The notes: generated by a model not told the origin, from the letters alone. A DNA stretch of 64,000 bases from Gammaproteobacteria bacterium (GCA_965243395.1 CBDEUS010000002.1:832001-896000), one strand, 5' to 3'; shown: positions 17,898-28,341, counted from the stretch's first letter. Program-made: numbers and translations.

Positions 17898-18383
17898 ATG
17901 GGTCTTTTCAATACAACTTCAGCAACAAAATTGAATGCCGGGATGCCTGCACCGTCTTTCGAGTTAGCAGACCAAACGGGTAAAACTCATAAGCTAAGGG
18001 ATTATTTGGGGAAGTGGGTAGTGCTTTATTTTTATCCCAAAGATGACACCCCAGGCTGCACGAAAGAAGCATGTGCATTCAGAGATGATATTGCTGCTTT
18101 GCAAAGTTTAGATGTACAAGTATTTGGAGTGAGTGTAGACACTGTTAAAAGTCATGCTGAGTTTGCAGAAAAATATAGTTTACAGTTTCCTTTATTAGCA
18201 GACACTGGTGGAGAGTTAGCCAATAGTTATGGTTCTTTAACCAAATTTGGACCGTTGAAACTTGCTAAACGCCATACATTTATTATCGATCCTGAAGGTA
18301 AGTTAGCGAAGATTTATCGTAGTGTGAGCCCAACTTCGCACAGTGATCAAATTATTGCTGATATCAAACAACTGCAAAACTAA
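17898..18383 (+). CDS. bcp: Peroxiredoxin BCP/PrxQ
   Basis: LYFYPKDDTPGCTKEACAFRD. Confidence 0.95.
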   Translation: MGLFNTTSATKLNAGMPAPSFELADQTGKTHKLRDYLGKWVVLYFYPKDDTPGCTKEACAFRDDIAALQSLDVQVFGVSVDTVKSHAEFAEKYSLQFPLLADTGGELANSYGSLTKFGPLKLAKRHTFIIDPEGKLAKIYRSVSPTSHSDQIIADIKQLQN

Positions 18384-18420
18384 ACGCTTTCTTTTGTTAT
18401 AATCTCACGTTACAACCTCG

Positions 18421-18612
18421 CTTAAGGTGTCCTTGCCCATAAATCTATAATAATTTTGGGCCAAGGGTGAAACAGGGAAATCTGTGAAAAGCAGATGCTG
18501 CCCCCGCAACGGTGATTGAGTTAGGTAGTTCAAAAAACCACTGTGTTTTCTAACATGGGAAGGTGAAATACCTAGTCTTTAGACAGCTCTTTAGCCCGGA
18601 GACCGGCCTTAT
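18421..18612 (+). ncRNA. Cobalamin (AdoCbl) riboswitch
   Basis: AAGGT..GAAACAGGGAA.CTGTGAAAAGCAGA.GCTGCCCCCGCAACGGT..CCACTG..GGGAAGGT..AGCCCGGAGACCGGCCT B12 box; upstream of a TonB-dependent receptor; downstream GTGTGTCC could pair with the GGGGCAC RBS region. Confidence 0.93.
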
Positions 18613-18720
18613 GTGACTCAGAAAGTTGCGGCGGGCGACTCTGGCTGAAGTTCGCATACACAAGTTTACTTGTGTGCTTCGCAGTGTGTCCGTCATTAAA
18701 AATTAATTAAGGGGCACAAA

Positions 18721-20616
18721 ATGCATTACATAATTCAATTATTAATTCTTATTCTTTTTACTAGTAATGTGGTGGTTGCAGCCGATGATGATGTAGTCAT
18801 TATAAGTGCATCCAGAGTATCAGTTCCTGAGAAAGAAGTCGGTGGTTCTATAACCATTATCAATAGAGAAGAAATAGAAAAAAGTAATGCTTTAACCTTA
18901 GTTGATCTATTGCGTGTTGTGCCGGGAGTTGCAATTAGTCAATCGGGCCCACTTGGTTCACTTACGCAAGTACGTATCAGGGGTGCAGAAGCTAATCATG
19001 TGCTTGTCTTGATTGATGGCGTTGAAGCGAATGACCCGGCCACTGGATCAGAATTCAATTTTGCAAACTTATCTCCCGACAGTATTGATAAAATTGAAGT
19101 TATGCGCGGATCACAAAGCTCGGTATGGGGTAGCGATGCGTTAGCAGGCGTAATCAATATAACAACGCGAACCGGAGGTAGCGATACCTCTTTTACAAGT
19201 ATTGCTGAACTAGGTTCACATGATTTTATTCGAAGTTCAGCATCAGCATCAGGGGGTTCAGACAAATTAAGATTTTACATACAAGGTACATACTTGGATA
19301 CGAGTGGTGAAAATATTTCTGAACAGGGAACTGAAAATGATGGGTATGACCAGTCTGAATTAATATTCAATACTCAATATAGAATTAAACCGGAGTTATC
19401 TTTCGGTTTGAATGCACGCTATATCGACTCTTCTAATGAATTTGATGATGGGACGTTTGGTTCACCCATTGATGCAGATAATAGTTCGGATGTAAATCAA
19501 TTCTATGGATCCTCCTATTTAAAATATTCTTTATTTGAAAATCGCTGGAACCAAAAGCTAAGCTTGAGCCTTACCGATACACGTAATCAAAATCAAGATG
19601 TTTTCGGTAAAAGAAAAACAGAAGGGGAGAGACTGAAGTTTGATTATTTGTCCGAGTTTGTATTGGACACGAAGTTGCTATCTAACGAGCAACATAGGTT
19701 TTTATTTTCTATTGAACAAGAACAAGAACGTTTTAAACAAAGAGGGCCTATTTCATTTGGTGATCCGAATCAAAACCAAGATCTCACAAACATAGGATTC
19801 ACGACAGAATACCGATTAAGTATCTCAGACCAGTTATTTCTCTCGGCTTCTTTGAGGAAAGATGATAATGATGAGTTTGAAGACAGCGATACGGTTCGAT
19901 TTACTGGTGCGTATAATATAGTGAGTACAGGTACAAAATTGCGTGCTTCCTATGCTACGGGGATTAAAAATCCAAGCTTTACCGAAGTATTTGGCTTTTT
20001 TGCCGGATCATTTGTTGGTAATCCGAATTTAAAACCAGAAAAATCTGAGTCCTGGGAGTTGGGTTTCGACCAATCATTATTGGCTGATGCCATGCACTTG
20101 GGCGCGACTTTATTTTGGGAAGACCTAAAAGACGAAATTACTACAGTTTTCTTTCCAGTGAACACAGCCATTAATTTGGATGGCAGAAGTGAACGCAACG
20201 GGATTGAATTTTATTTTGACGCTAAGTTGGGGAGTCAACTCGATATACGAGGGGCGTATACTTATACAGATTCTACGGTACCGGATGCTAATGGTATACA
20301 AGTCCGTGAAATTCGAAGACCCAAAACCGTAGCCAGTTTGCAATTGAATTATAAATCGTTATCTGGAAAAGCAAATTTGAACTCATCATTAAGTTATGTA
20401 GACGAACAAAACGATTTAGATTTTGCTACATTTCCGGCAGGTGAAGTTACGCTAGATGATTATTATTTACTTAATTTAAGCGGATCCTATAACGTGACTG
20501 ATAATTTAAATGTATACATGCGAGTGAATAATTTATTTGATGAATCTTATCAAGATGTATATGGGTTTGAAACGCTTGGGCAAACAGTATATGCAGGGCT
20601 TAAGGTGAAATTGTAA
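18721..20616 (+). CDS. btuB: TonB-dependent cobalamin receptor
   Basis: TonB box DVVIISASR, plug IRGAEANHVLVLIDG..IEVMRGSQSSVWGSDALAGVINI, C-terminal RVNNLFDESY; riboswitch upstream. Confidence 0.85.
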   Translation: MHYIIQLLILILFTSNVVVAADDDVVIISASRVSVPEKEVGGSITIINREEIEKSNALTLVDLLRVVPGVAISQSGPLGSLTQVRIRGAEANHVLVLIDGVEANDPATGSEFNFANLSPDSIDKIEVMRGSQSSVWGSDALAGVINITTRTGGSDTSFTSIAELGSHDFIRSSASASGGSDKLRFYIQGTYLDTSGENISEQGTENDGYDQSELIFNTQYRIKPELSFGLNARYIDSSNEFDDGTFGSPIDADNSSDVNQFYGSSYLKYSLFENRWNQKLSLSLTDTRNQNQDVFGKRKTEGERLKFDYLSEFVLDTKLLSNEQHRFLFSIEQEQERFKQRGPISFGDPNQNQDLTNIGFTTEYRLSISDQLFLSASLRKDDNDEFEDSDTVRFTGAYNIVSTGTKLRASYATGIKNPSFTEVFGFFAGSFVGNPNLKPEKSESWELGFDQSLLADAMHLGATLFWEDLKDEITTVFFPVNTAINLDGRSERNGIEFYFDAKLGSQLDIRGAYTYTDSTVPDANGIQVREIRRPKTVASLQLNYKSLSGKANLNSSLSYVDEQNDLDFATFPAGEVTLDDYYLLNLSGSYNVTDNLNVYMRVNNLFDESYQDVYGFETLGQTVYAGLKVKL

Positions 20617-21155
20617 TGCCAAATCGGTTAACTAAAATATATACCAAGACAGGAGACAAAGGGGATACGGGATTATCTACTGGTTTGCGAGTACGAAAAG
20701 ATTGCCCACAAATTCAAGCAATTGGTGATGTTGATGAACTCAATTCGGTGTTAGGCATGGTTATGACTCATGACATACCGAAAGAAATGCAAGGCATTAT
20801 TGTAGAAATTCAATATCAATTATTTAATTTGGGAGCTGAATTAAATAATGCTGAGTTAAGTTTTATGAATAAAGATATTGTTAATAAACTAGAAAATAAT
20901 ATAGATGAATTTAATCAGTCATTACCACCGTTAAAAAATTTTATTTTACCAGGAGGTGGGCCTGCTGCGGCAACTTGTCATCTCGCGCGTGCTGTATGTC
21001 GCCGGGCTGAACGTAGTGTTGTTATGCTAAATGAAGACAATGAGCTGAATCCGCAGTTGCAAGTTTATTTAAACAGACTGTCAGACTTCCTGTTTGTGGC
21101 ATGTAGAGTGTTCGCAAAACATGCTGGTGAAAAAGAGACGCTATGGTCAAAATAA
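20616..21155 (+). CDS. pduO: PduO-type ATP:cob(I)alamin adenosyltransferase
   Basis: TKIYTKTGDKGDTGL, GDVDELNS, FILPGG, ARAVCRRAER, YLNRLSDFLF. Confidence 0.95.
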   Translation: MPNRLTKIYTKTGDKGDTGLSTGLRVRKDCPQIQAIGDVDELNSVLGMVMTHDIPKEMQGIIVEIQYQLFNLGAELNNAELSFMNKDIVNKLENNIDEFNQSLPPLKNFILPGGGPAAATCHLARAVCRRAERSVVMLNEDNELNPQLQVYLNRLSDFLFVACRVFAKHAGEKETLWSK

Positions 21156-21292
21156 ACTCTTACTTAGGCAATAATTGCTAGTATTAATATGGTTTAAGCA
21201 AGGTAAAGTATTGTTTGAGTTAGAATAACAATCTATTCACATAACATATATTCGGGTAGTAAAATAAATGTATCAATACTTGTTTATAAAGC

Positions 21293-22249
21293 ATGAATAG
21301 CAGACAAACTGAAGAAGCAGAAAATCTAACTGTAGCAGTGTTATTTGCTGATATATTTGAATACAGCAAACATACAGAGCTTTATGAAACAGAAACCCAT
21401 CAAAATTTACAAACAGTATTAGAGCGAGCTCGCTCACTCGTTAATAAAAATTCAGGCCATGTTTCTCGAGCACATGGAGATAGCATTTTAGCAACTTTCT
21501 CAAACCCGCTTGATGCAGTTTATTGTGCTGTTGAAATACATGCAGCGACAACACGCCATAATTTTAATATTTTAGAAAAACATCAACTGAAGTTTCGTAT
21601 TGGCATTAATTTTGGCCAAGTAATTTATGATAATGATAATCAGCCATATGGAAATACTGTTAATGTTGCAGCGAGGCTGGAAAAAATGGCCAACCCGGGT
21701 GATACCGTAATTTCAGAACATGTTTATAGTGAGTTAGATGAATCAATTCCTTTTGCTTGCTGCTACTTGGGTAATGCAAAACTAAATAATATCGAAAATT
21801 CAGTAAAGACATTTAAAGTTATACAGCATAAAAGAATAAGCGACCGATGGTTTGATGTGACAAAACGGGTTTTTCAGCTTGAAGCATCTAAAGCTAATGT
21901 TTTTTTTGGTGTAGCGATGACTTTGATGATCGTATCAATATTGACACTTATCACTGCATTAGGTTTATTTAATGTATTTGAAGATAACTATATTGCGATT
22001 AAGACGAGCCCTTATTATGTAGAACCTATCATTGAAGAAGTAGATGTCGAGCACAAGGATAAAAACCGAGCTTACTTATATTTAATTTCGATAGCTGAAG
22101 ACAGCATTATCGATAATGATTTTGAACGAGCACAAGAATATTTAGATAAAGCAATTGCTATTTTTCCCGATAAGTCAGAAGCCTATAAAAAGAAAATTGA
22201 AATACTAGAAATCAAGCAAAAGAATCTAGTTGATTACGATAATATTTAG
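21293..22249 (+). CDS. Second membrane-anchored class III nucleotidyl cyclase, with C-terminal TPR-like helix pair
   Basis: LFADI, RAHGDS, FRIGINFG, YGNTVNVAARLE; one TM helix; ERAQEYLDKAIAIFP. Confidence 0.88.
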   Translation: MNSRQTEEAENLTVAVLFADIFEYSKHTELYETETHQNLQTVLERARSLVNKNSGHVSRAHGDSILATFSNPLDAVYCAVEIHAATTRHNFNILEKHQLKFRIGINFGQVIYDNDNQPYGNTVNVAARLEKMANPGDTVISEHVYSELDESIPFACCYLGNAKLNNIENSVKTFKVIQHKRISDRWFDVTKRVFQLEASKANVFFGVAMTLMIVSILTLITALGLFNVFEDNYIAIKTSPYYVEPIIEEVDVEHKDKNRAYLYLISIAEDSIIDNDFERAQEYLDKAIAIFPDKSEAYKKKIEILEIKQKNLVDYDNI

Positions 22250-23436
22250 CTCGCACGCAAGCCTTTAGAAACAGAAATTTTAGTTGCGTAGTAACAGGGA
22301 TATAACGCACTCAATATTCCTATTGCAATTGAAATGAGTCCTCCCGCCATAAGTAAATTCGGAGTTACTGCAAAAGTAAATGCAACTTGGCTAAAACTTT
22401 GAGGATTAACACTGGAGACTTGTTGCCCATTAAATAACAAGTACGCAATAAGTAAACCAATTGCGCCTCCAATAATGGAAATAATTATCGACTCTAGCAA
22501 AATAGCACCGATGATGGCGCTTGAATTGAAACCTAATGCACGTTGAACCGCAATTTCACGTACTCGACTAACAATTGCATTGTAAGCGGTGACCAAGGCA
22601 GACACGATGGCACCTAAAGCCATTAAAATACCGACTATAATTCCTATTGTTTTGGTGAGACGAGTAAAAAATTCTGATTGTTCGGAATAATATTCTTTTT
22701 CAGATGAAATACGTGTTGTTAAATTTGGATTTGTGTTTAACCAATTTTCTAAGTTTGATCTTGCATTAGGGGATTCGTCTAAAACTATTCTAACAGTTGA
22801 CCAATATTCAGCTCGATTGTATGCGGACATCATAATGGGTGCATCCGCCCAAATTTCAGATTCCGTAATACTTCCTTCAGCCTCCATGATGCCTACTATT
22901 GTCCACTCATTTGTTCCCCAAGTATGAGTGCTGCCAACATCTAAACCTATAAATTGTTTTGCGGCTTGTTTTCCAATAATAACCTCGTTTAAACCTGTCT
23001 TGAACATTCTTCCTTCGATTATTTTTATATTTCCTCGTACATCAAATGCCTGTTGTTTAACTCCACGTAAGGATAAATTGGCGTCTGTTCCAAAAGGTTT
23101 AATGGGTGCATTTATCCATACAAGTGTTTCGGGAGACATGATGGGGCCATTCTCGTTACGTTTAATTCCTTCAGCTTGCTGCATACTTAAATATTCTTCA
23201 GTTGAAAAATATCCCTCTATCTCACTATTTGCGAATCCTCTGAAAACAATCATTAAATTGTCTGATGCTGTATTTTGCATGGTTGAATAAAAGCCTGATG
23301 CTATGGAGAGCAATCCTGTAAAAACTACTACAGTTCCAATCACACCTATTAATGCGGTAAGCGTTGAGGATTTACGGCTAGCGATACTGCGAAGATTGAT
23401 GCTCGTTAAACTTAGTACACAATTAAGTAAATTCAT
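22246..23436 (-). CDS. MacB/FtsX-like ABC transporter permease
   Basis: TM1, large periplasmic domain, RVREIAVQRALGF motif, three C-terminal TMs. Confidence 0.9.
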   Translation of the reverse strand: MNLLNCVLSLTSINLRSIASRKSSTLTALIGVIGTVVVFTGLLSIASGFYSTMQNTASDNLMIVFRGFANSEIEGYFSTEEYLSMQQAEGIKRNENGPIMSPETLVWINAPIKPFGTDANLSLRGVKQQAFDVRGNIKIIEGRMFKTGLNEVIIGKQAAKQFIGLDVGSTHTWGTNEWTIVGIMEAEGSITESEIWADAPIMMSAYNRAEYWSTVRIVLDESPNARSNLENWLNTNPNLTTRISSEKEYYSEQSEFFTRLTKTIGIIVGILMALGAIVSALVTAYNAIVSRVREIAVQRALGFNSSAIIGAILLESIIISIIGGAIGLLIAYLLFNGQQVSSVNPQSFSQVAFTFAVTPNLLMAGGLISIAIGILSALYPCYYATKISVSKGLRAS

Positions 23437-23444
23437 ATTTAGCC

Positions 23445-24608
23445 CTAATTAATTGCACGCAATGCTTGAACTTTGTCCATGCGTAAAATCAAAATTACGG
23501 GGATTAAACCTATGATGAATCCAAATAAGCCAGCCAATCCCAATCCTTTCCAAGCTACTAGAATAGGCATATGAAAAATAGGAAGCAGCCCGTTTGTGGG
23601 ATCACCAAACATACTGCATGCAAGCCAGGCAAGCACGATACCAATACTACTACCGATTAGCGCAACAACCACGCTCTCGATTATGCTTATTGTTGCAATA
23701 AAACGTGGTGAAAACCCAATAACAGACATCACTGCGATATCACTCATGTGTTCTTTGATACCTTGAGTCATTGCGCTGCCCGTTACTGCAAGAAGCGTAA
23801 TAAAAACTACTCCAAGAATGGACAAAAAAATTGCTTGGATATCACCTATTTGATTAATAAATCCTCTTGTAAATGATTTCTCGGGTGATGTTTTGGTTTC
23901 GTTATCAGAGTTCTCAAAAAAATCATCAATTCTGTTACTAATTGTGTCGAGCTGTTTTGCATCTTCACCTTGTATAGTAAACCAACCCACTTGATCATTT
24001 CCCCAGGCACGCGCTTCATCAAAATATTTATGATGGAATAGCATGCCCTGCATATTTACATTTTTGTTTTTAGTTGTTGCAATACCACGTATATTAAATT
24101 CCCAATCATTATTCCATTGTTTGTTTTCCCAAATTGTTGTGGTCAAAGTGATACGATCTCCCACTTCCCATCCAAAACGTTCCGCAATTGTGTCACCAAT
24201 TAGTGCGCCTTCTCTATCTTTAGTCCAAGCTTGTATATGTTCTTTATCAATCTCAAATTCTCCTTCACGCATCGCTAAGTAATCTTCAGGATGTACGGCA
24301 TACTGAGGAAATGTATTTTTTCGATCTTGATAATAGCCACCAAACCATGATGCTTCGCTTACTCTTAAAACACCAGGAACATTAAGTATTTTGTGTTTAT
24401 AAGAAATTGGCATCGTATTGAACGTAGAAATCTTATTTACAACTATCATGCGGTCGACACCAGAGGCATCAACCCCACCAATAAAACCTTGTTTGATGGC
24501 AGAGAGGTAAGCAAATAAAAAGAATGCAATTGAAAGAGCAGCTAAAATGAATATAAAACGAACTTTCTTAGTTAATATATCTGCAAAAATAAGAGGCAAG
24601 AATTTCAT
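23445..24608 (-). CDS. MacB/FtsX-like ABC transporter permease
   Basis: Same topology; SWFGGYYQD; DIAVMSVIGF. Confidence 0.9.
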   Translation of the reverse strand: MKFLPLIFADILTKKVRFIFILAALSIAFFLFAYLSAIKQGFIGGVDASGVDRMIVVNKISTFNTMPISYKHKILNVPGVLRVSEASWFGGYYQDRKNTFPQYAVHPEDYLAMREGEFEIDKEHIQAWTKDREGALIGDTIAERFGWEVGDRITLTTTIWENKQWNNDWEFNIRGIATTKNKNVNMQGMLFHHKYFDEARAWGNDQVGWFTIQGEDAKQLDTISNRIDDFFENSDNETKTSPEKSFTRGFINQIGDIQAIFLSILGVVFITLLAVTGSAMTQGIKEHMSDIAVMSVIGFSPRFIATISIIESVVVALIGSSIGIVLAWLACSMFGDPTNGLLPIFHMPILVAWKGLGLAGLFGFIIGLIPVILILRMDKVQALRAIN

Positions 24609-25300
24609 TATTGCAAAGCCTTTGTCGAAACTTTCCCTTCATTCAAATACAAAGTTCTTTTTGCAGAAGCAGCCGCATGTGGATCATGTGTAACCATTAT
24701 GATGGTCTTGTTATGTTCAGAGTTTAATCCTTGTAGTAGTTCTAAAATTTCATCACCCGACTTGCGATCAAGATTACCTGTTGGTTCATCACATAACAAA
24801 ATATTGGGGTCTGTAACAATCGCGCGAGCTATACCAACTCTTTGTTCTTGCCCACCAGATAACTCAGAAGGTTTGTGATGAGCACGATCCTCAAGGTCTA
24901 CTAATGACAAAGCCGCTAGAACGCGTTTTTTGCGGTCTGTTTTATTTAGCTTATGTAACAGTAATGGGAGCTCAACATTTTTTTCTGCATTTAAAGTAGA
25001 AATTAAATGATACTGTTGAAAAACATAGCCAATATTATTTGTTCTCCACTTCGTTCTTTGTGAATCGTTTAATTTAGCAATATCAATTCCATCAATTACA
25101 ATTTGCCCATGTGTAGGTGTATCTATTCCAGCAATCAGATTCAGCAATGTGCTTTTACCAGACCCCGATGCACCCATTAATGCAATAAAATCCCCTGATT
25201 CAATTTCTAAATCCAGATCATTTAAAACATCAATAGATTCAGAGCCTTTACTAAATTGTTTATGAATATCTTGGGCATTGATATAGCTGGAACTGTTCAT
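24608..25300 (-). CDS. ABC transporter ATP-binding protein (LolD/MacB-like)
   Basis: GASGSGKST, LSGGQEQRV, LLCDEPTGNLD, VTHD. Confidence 0.96.
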   Translation of the reverse strand: MNSSSYINAQDIHKQFSKGSESIDVLNDLDLEIESGDFIALMGASGSGKSTLLNLIAGIDTPTHGQIVIDGIDIAKLNDSQRTKWRTNNIGYVFQQYHLISTLNAEKNVELPLLLHKLNKTDRKKRVLAALSLVDLEDRAHHKPSELSGGQEQRVGIARAIVTDPNILLCDEPTGNLDRKSGDEILELLQGLNSEHNKTIIMVTHDPHAAASAKRTLYLNEGKVSTKALQ

Positions 25301-25312
25301 ATGGATAATCCT

Positions 25313-26554
25313 TTAATTTATAGTTTCTGGTGAGATAATTACTTTTTTGTTTTCTTTCAATTCATTTAAAGAACTAATCGCAATTTGATCTCCTGGGGAT
25401 AATCCATTTTTGATTTCAATTAGATTGCCGAAGCGTTTTCCTGTAATTACTTCTGTTTCAGTCACTGAGTCTTTATTCACTCGCCACACATAGGTTGATT
25501 CTTCACTCCTTACAACTGCGTTTCTTGGAATAACAATTGAATTTTCGTTACTTTCGTTTTCATCGTTTTCAGTTTCTTGCGGGAAGAATTTAACTTTTAC
25601 GCCCATGTCAGGAAGTATTCTTGAATCTAGCTCATCAATTGAAATGCGGACTTTCACAGTTGCTTTTTGTCTATCCGCGGTAGGAATAATATTGATAACT
25701 TTGCCTGGAATTTTCCAGTCTTGATATGCATCAAGTTTGGCACTTATTGTCTGATTTTTTTGGACTCTGTTGATATAGGCTTCATTAACGTTGACTTCAA
25801 TTTCTCGTGAATCCATATCGACAATGGTGCATATACCTGTACGTGTAAACTCACCACTTGAAATCGGAGAGACAATTTCGCCAACTTGCGCGTCTTTAGA
25901 AATAACAACACCTGGAAAAGGCGCATTTATAGAATATTCTTCAAGGTTACGTTGTAAACGGCTTATATTATCTTGCTCTACTTGCACATTATTTTGAGCA
26001 GTAACAAGCATTGCCTTGAGTGTATTAACTTTTTGTTTAGATTGATCGAGTAAATCTTCACTTACATAATCGTTATTATTCAACTTTGTATAGCGCGCAT
26101 ATTTATTTTTCGCTTCGATTAATTGTGATTGAATTTCGTCAATTTTTGATTGAGCTACTTTTAATCTTGATTCTGAGAGTGAGATTTCTTTTTTAACCAA
26201 GCTGCCATCTAGAACCGCAATTTCATCTCCTTTTTCTACTACATCACCTTCTTCAACATTAATTTTTAACAATCTTGCAGTGACCGTAGCGGATAGCGTT
26301 GCATTTTTACGAGTCACGATATAACCAGATGCATCTAATATTGCAGAAGACTGATTTTTTCCTAACAATTTCACTTCATACACATTTATAGTGGGTTTTG
26401 TTTGTATCGATTGCCATAGATAAAACAGTCCATAGGCTAGAAGTCCCATAATTAGCAAGGAAAACAACGCCACATAAATTGATTTAGAACCCGATTGTTC
26501 TGGAGTTTTATTCTCTAATCTAAGCGCGTCTAATTTTTCTTTGTCTAAGGCCAT
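25313..26554 (-). CDS. Efflux periplasmic adaptor / membrane fusion protein (MacA-like)
   Basis: N-terminal TM, VEEGDVVEKGDEIA lipoyl half-motif, coiled coil, INAPFPGVV. Confidence 0.92.
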   Translation of the reverse strand: MALDKEKLDALRLENKTPEQSGSKSIYVALFSLLIMGLLAYGLFYLWQSIQTKPTINVYEVKLLGKNQSSAILDASGYIVTRKNATLSATVTARLLKINVEEGDVVEKGDEIAVLDGSLVKKEISLSESRLKVAQSKIDEIQSQLIEAKNKYARYTKLNNNDYVSEDLLDQSKQKVNTLKAMLVTAQNNVQVEQDNISRLQRNLEEYSINAPFPGVVISKDAQVGEIVSPISSGEFTRTGICTIVDMDSREIEVNVNEAYINRVQKNQTISAKLDAYQDWKIPGKVINIIPTADRQKATVKVRISIDELDSRILPDMGVKVKFFPQETENDENESNENSIVIPRNAVVRSEESTYVWRVNKDSVTETEVITGKRFGNLIEIKNGLSPGDQIAISSLNELKENKKVIISPETIN

Positions 26555-26652
26555 AAATTCGTATTTATTATTAATTTAATGATTAAGGCCTCATGGTTAA
26601 TACATTAGCCTGTAATCCACACTTTTTAAGGTATTTAAGGTCACTAAGAGCA

Positions 26653-26668
26653 AGTGATAAATGTCACA
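26653..26668. promoter_or_regulatory. CRP-like box (9/10) upstream of the exporter operon
   Basis: AGTGA-taaatg-TCACA; a weaker AATGA-cagcca-TCACA at 26682-26697. Confidence 0.5.
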
Positions 26669-26774
26669 AATAAGATAATATAATGACAGCCATCACATGA
26701 ATATATAAATTTTAGTAATTAATTAAGCTAGTTACGCTAACGAATTAACAAGGTCAATTATTAAATAAGTCGAT

Positions 26775-27188
26775 TTAAGAAAAAAAGCTTCCCCCGCCTA
26801 TAACTATGAAGGCTGAGTTAGAAATAGACGCACTTAGGATTACATAAATTTTGGCAAGTACACTAGCGCTAAAATTTTCTCTACAAGCATTGGCTTTTTT
26901 CCAAGTAAGCACATAAATTATAGGAAAATATATACAAGAAAATATGGCGAGTATGGTTATCAACCAATAGGTGATGAAGTGGCTTGCTAAAAATTCTTTA
27001 TGATTTGCACATAAATAGAATACTGATTTTACGATAACATCTGGGATAAATAAGAACTTCCAAAAAACTTCAAATAATGTATTTTCAACTTTTGAGGAAA
27101 ATTGAAACGGCGAATACATTTCATGTTTTTTATTTTTTTCCATCAGCATAAAGATTTTATGAAACTTATGCCGACAGTTTATTTGCAT
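26775..27188 (-). CDS. Hypothetical membrane protein (start uncertain)
   Basis: Open frame with 2-3 hydrophobic segments and no recognisable motif. Confidence 0.4.
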   Translation of the reverse strand: MQINCRHKFHKIFMLMEKNKKHEMYSPFQFSSKVENTLFEVFWKFLFIPDVIVKSVFYLCANHKEFLASHFITYWLITILAIFSCIYFPIIYVLTWKKANACRENFSASVLAKIYVILSASISNSAFIVIGGGSFFS

Positions 27189-27258
27189 ATTTATTGTAAA
27201 TTATGTGATCGAGGGTACAGTTGATTGGTAATATTAATCACAGCTATGAGATGCAAGT

Positions 27259-28161
27259 ATGAAAGTAGGGGTTGATTTAGGTGGCACAAAAATTGAAATT
27301 TTGGCGATAGATGAACAAGGAAGCGAGTGTCTAAGAAATCGCATTGATACACCTGGCAATAACTATCAAAAAATTATTTCTTCAATAGCTGACTTAGTTT
27401 CGACTGTTGAAAAAAAATTAGCAAAAGATTGTACTGTTGGAATCTGTACCCCTGGATCACTTTCTCCTGCAACGGACCTGCTGAGAAATTCCAATACTAC
27501 TTGCTTAAATGGTCAACCATTTAAACAAGATCTCGAAAATGTTCTTGGGAAAGAAGTCCGCATAGCTAATGATGCAAATTGTTTCGCTTTGTCTGAGGCT
27601 ATGGATGGAGCTGCACAGAATGCAAAAACAGTTTTTGGGGTAATCATAGGTACGGGTACGGGCGGGGGATTGGTTGTTGATCAAAAAGTTTTAACAGGTG
27701 GAAATGCAATTGCAGGTGAATGGGGCCATAACCCACTTCCCTGGCCAGAAGAAGGTGAACTAGAGTTAACAAAGTGTTGGTGTGGACAAAAAGGTTGTAT
27801 CGAAACATATTTGTCTGGACCTGGGTTAGCAAACGATTATCAGCGTAGCACTCAAAAAACTGTTTCCGCTGAAAAAGTCGTTGAGTTATCTGTGCAGAAT
27901 GATGTTGCAGCTGAAGAGGCTTTAGATAGGTATGAACATCGAATGGCAAGGGGGTTTGCTCATCTAATTAATATATTCGATCCAGATGTCATAGTTTTAG
28001 GAGGCGGAATGTCAAACATAAATCGTCTCTATGAGAATGTATCTGAGCTATGGTCTCAATGGATATTTTCAGATTGTGTGAGCACAAAATTGGTTGCACC
28101 CAAGCATGGAGATTCTAGTGGTGTCAGAGGAGCGGCATGGCTATGGAATGAGGATGCTTAA
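27259..28161 (+). CDS. mak: ROK-family sugar kinase (fructokinase/Mak-like)
   Basis: GVDLGGTKIE, ANDANCFALSEA, GTGTGGG, AGEWGHNPLP, CWCGQKGCIETYLSG, HGDSSGVRGAAWLW. Confidence 0.88.
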   Translation: MKVGVDLGGTKIEILAIDEQGSECLRNRIDTPGNNYQKIISSIADLVSTVEKKLAKDCTVGICTPGSLSPATDLLRNSNTTCLNGQPFKQDLENVLGKEVRIANDANCFALSEAMDGAAQNAKTVFGVIIGTGTGGGLVVDQKVLTGGNAIAGEWGHNPLPWPEEGELELTKCWCGQKGCIETYLSGPGLANDYQRSTQKTVSAEKVVELSVQNDVAAEEALDRYEHRMARGFAHLINIFDPDVIVLGGGMSNINRLYENVSELWSQWIFSDCVSTKLVAPKHGDSSGVRGAAWLWNEDA

Positions 28162-28325
28162 CGAAATCTTATATTTGCAGTAAAGATTTAAGGGTTTTAG
28201 TAAAGATTTTTATGCCAGCTTTGATTAATAACCTATAGTGAAATGTATAAACCTCACGAAAACTAGTTGATTATCTATATTTTTCAACTAGATATCGCTA
28301 AAAACATTAAAAAAATAGGGTGCAA

Positions 28326-28341
28326 TGTGAAGCATCTCACA
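28326..28341. promoter_or_regulatory. Perfect CRP box upstream of the EPS export operon
   Basis: TGTGA-agcatc-TCACA. Confidence 0.75.
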
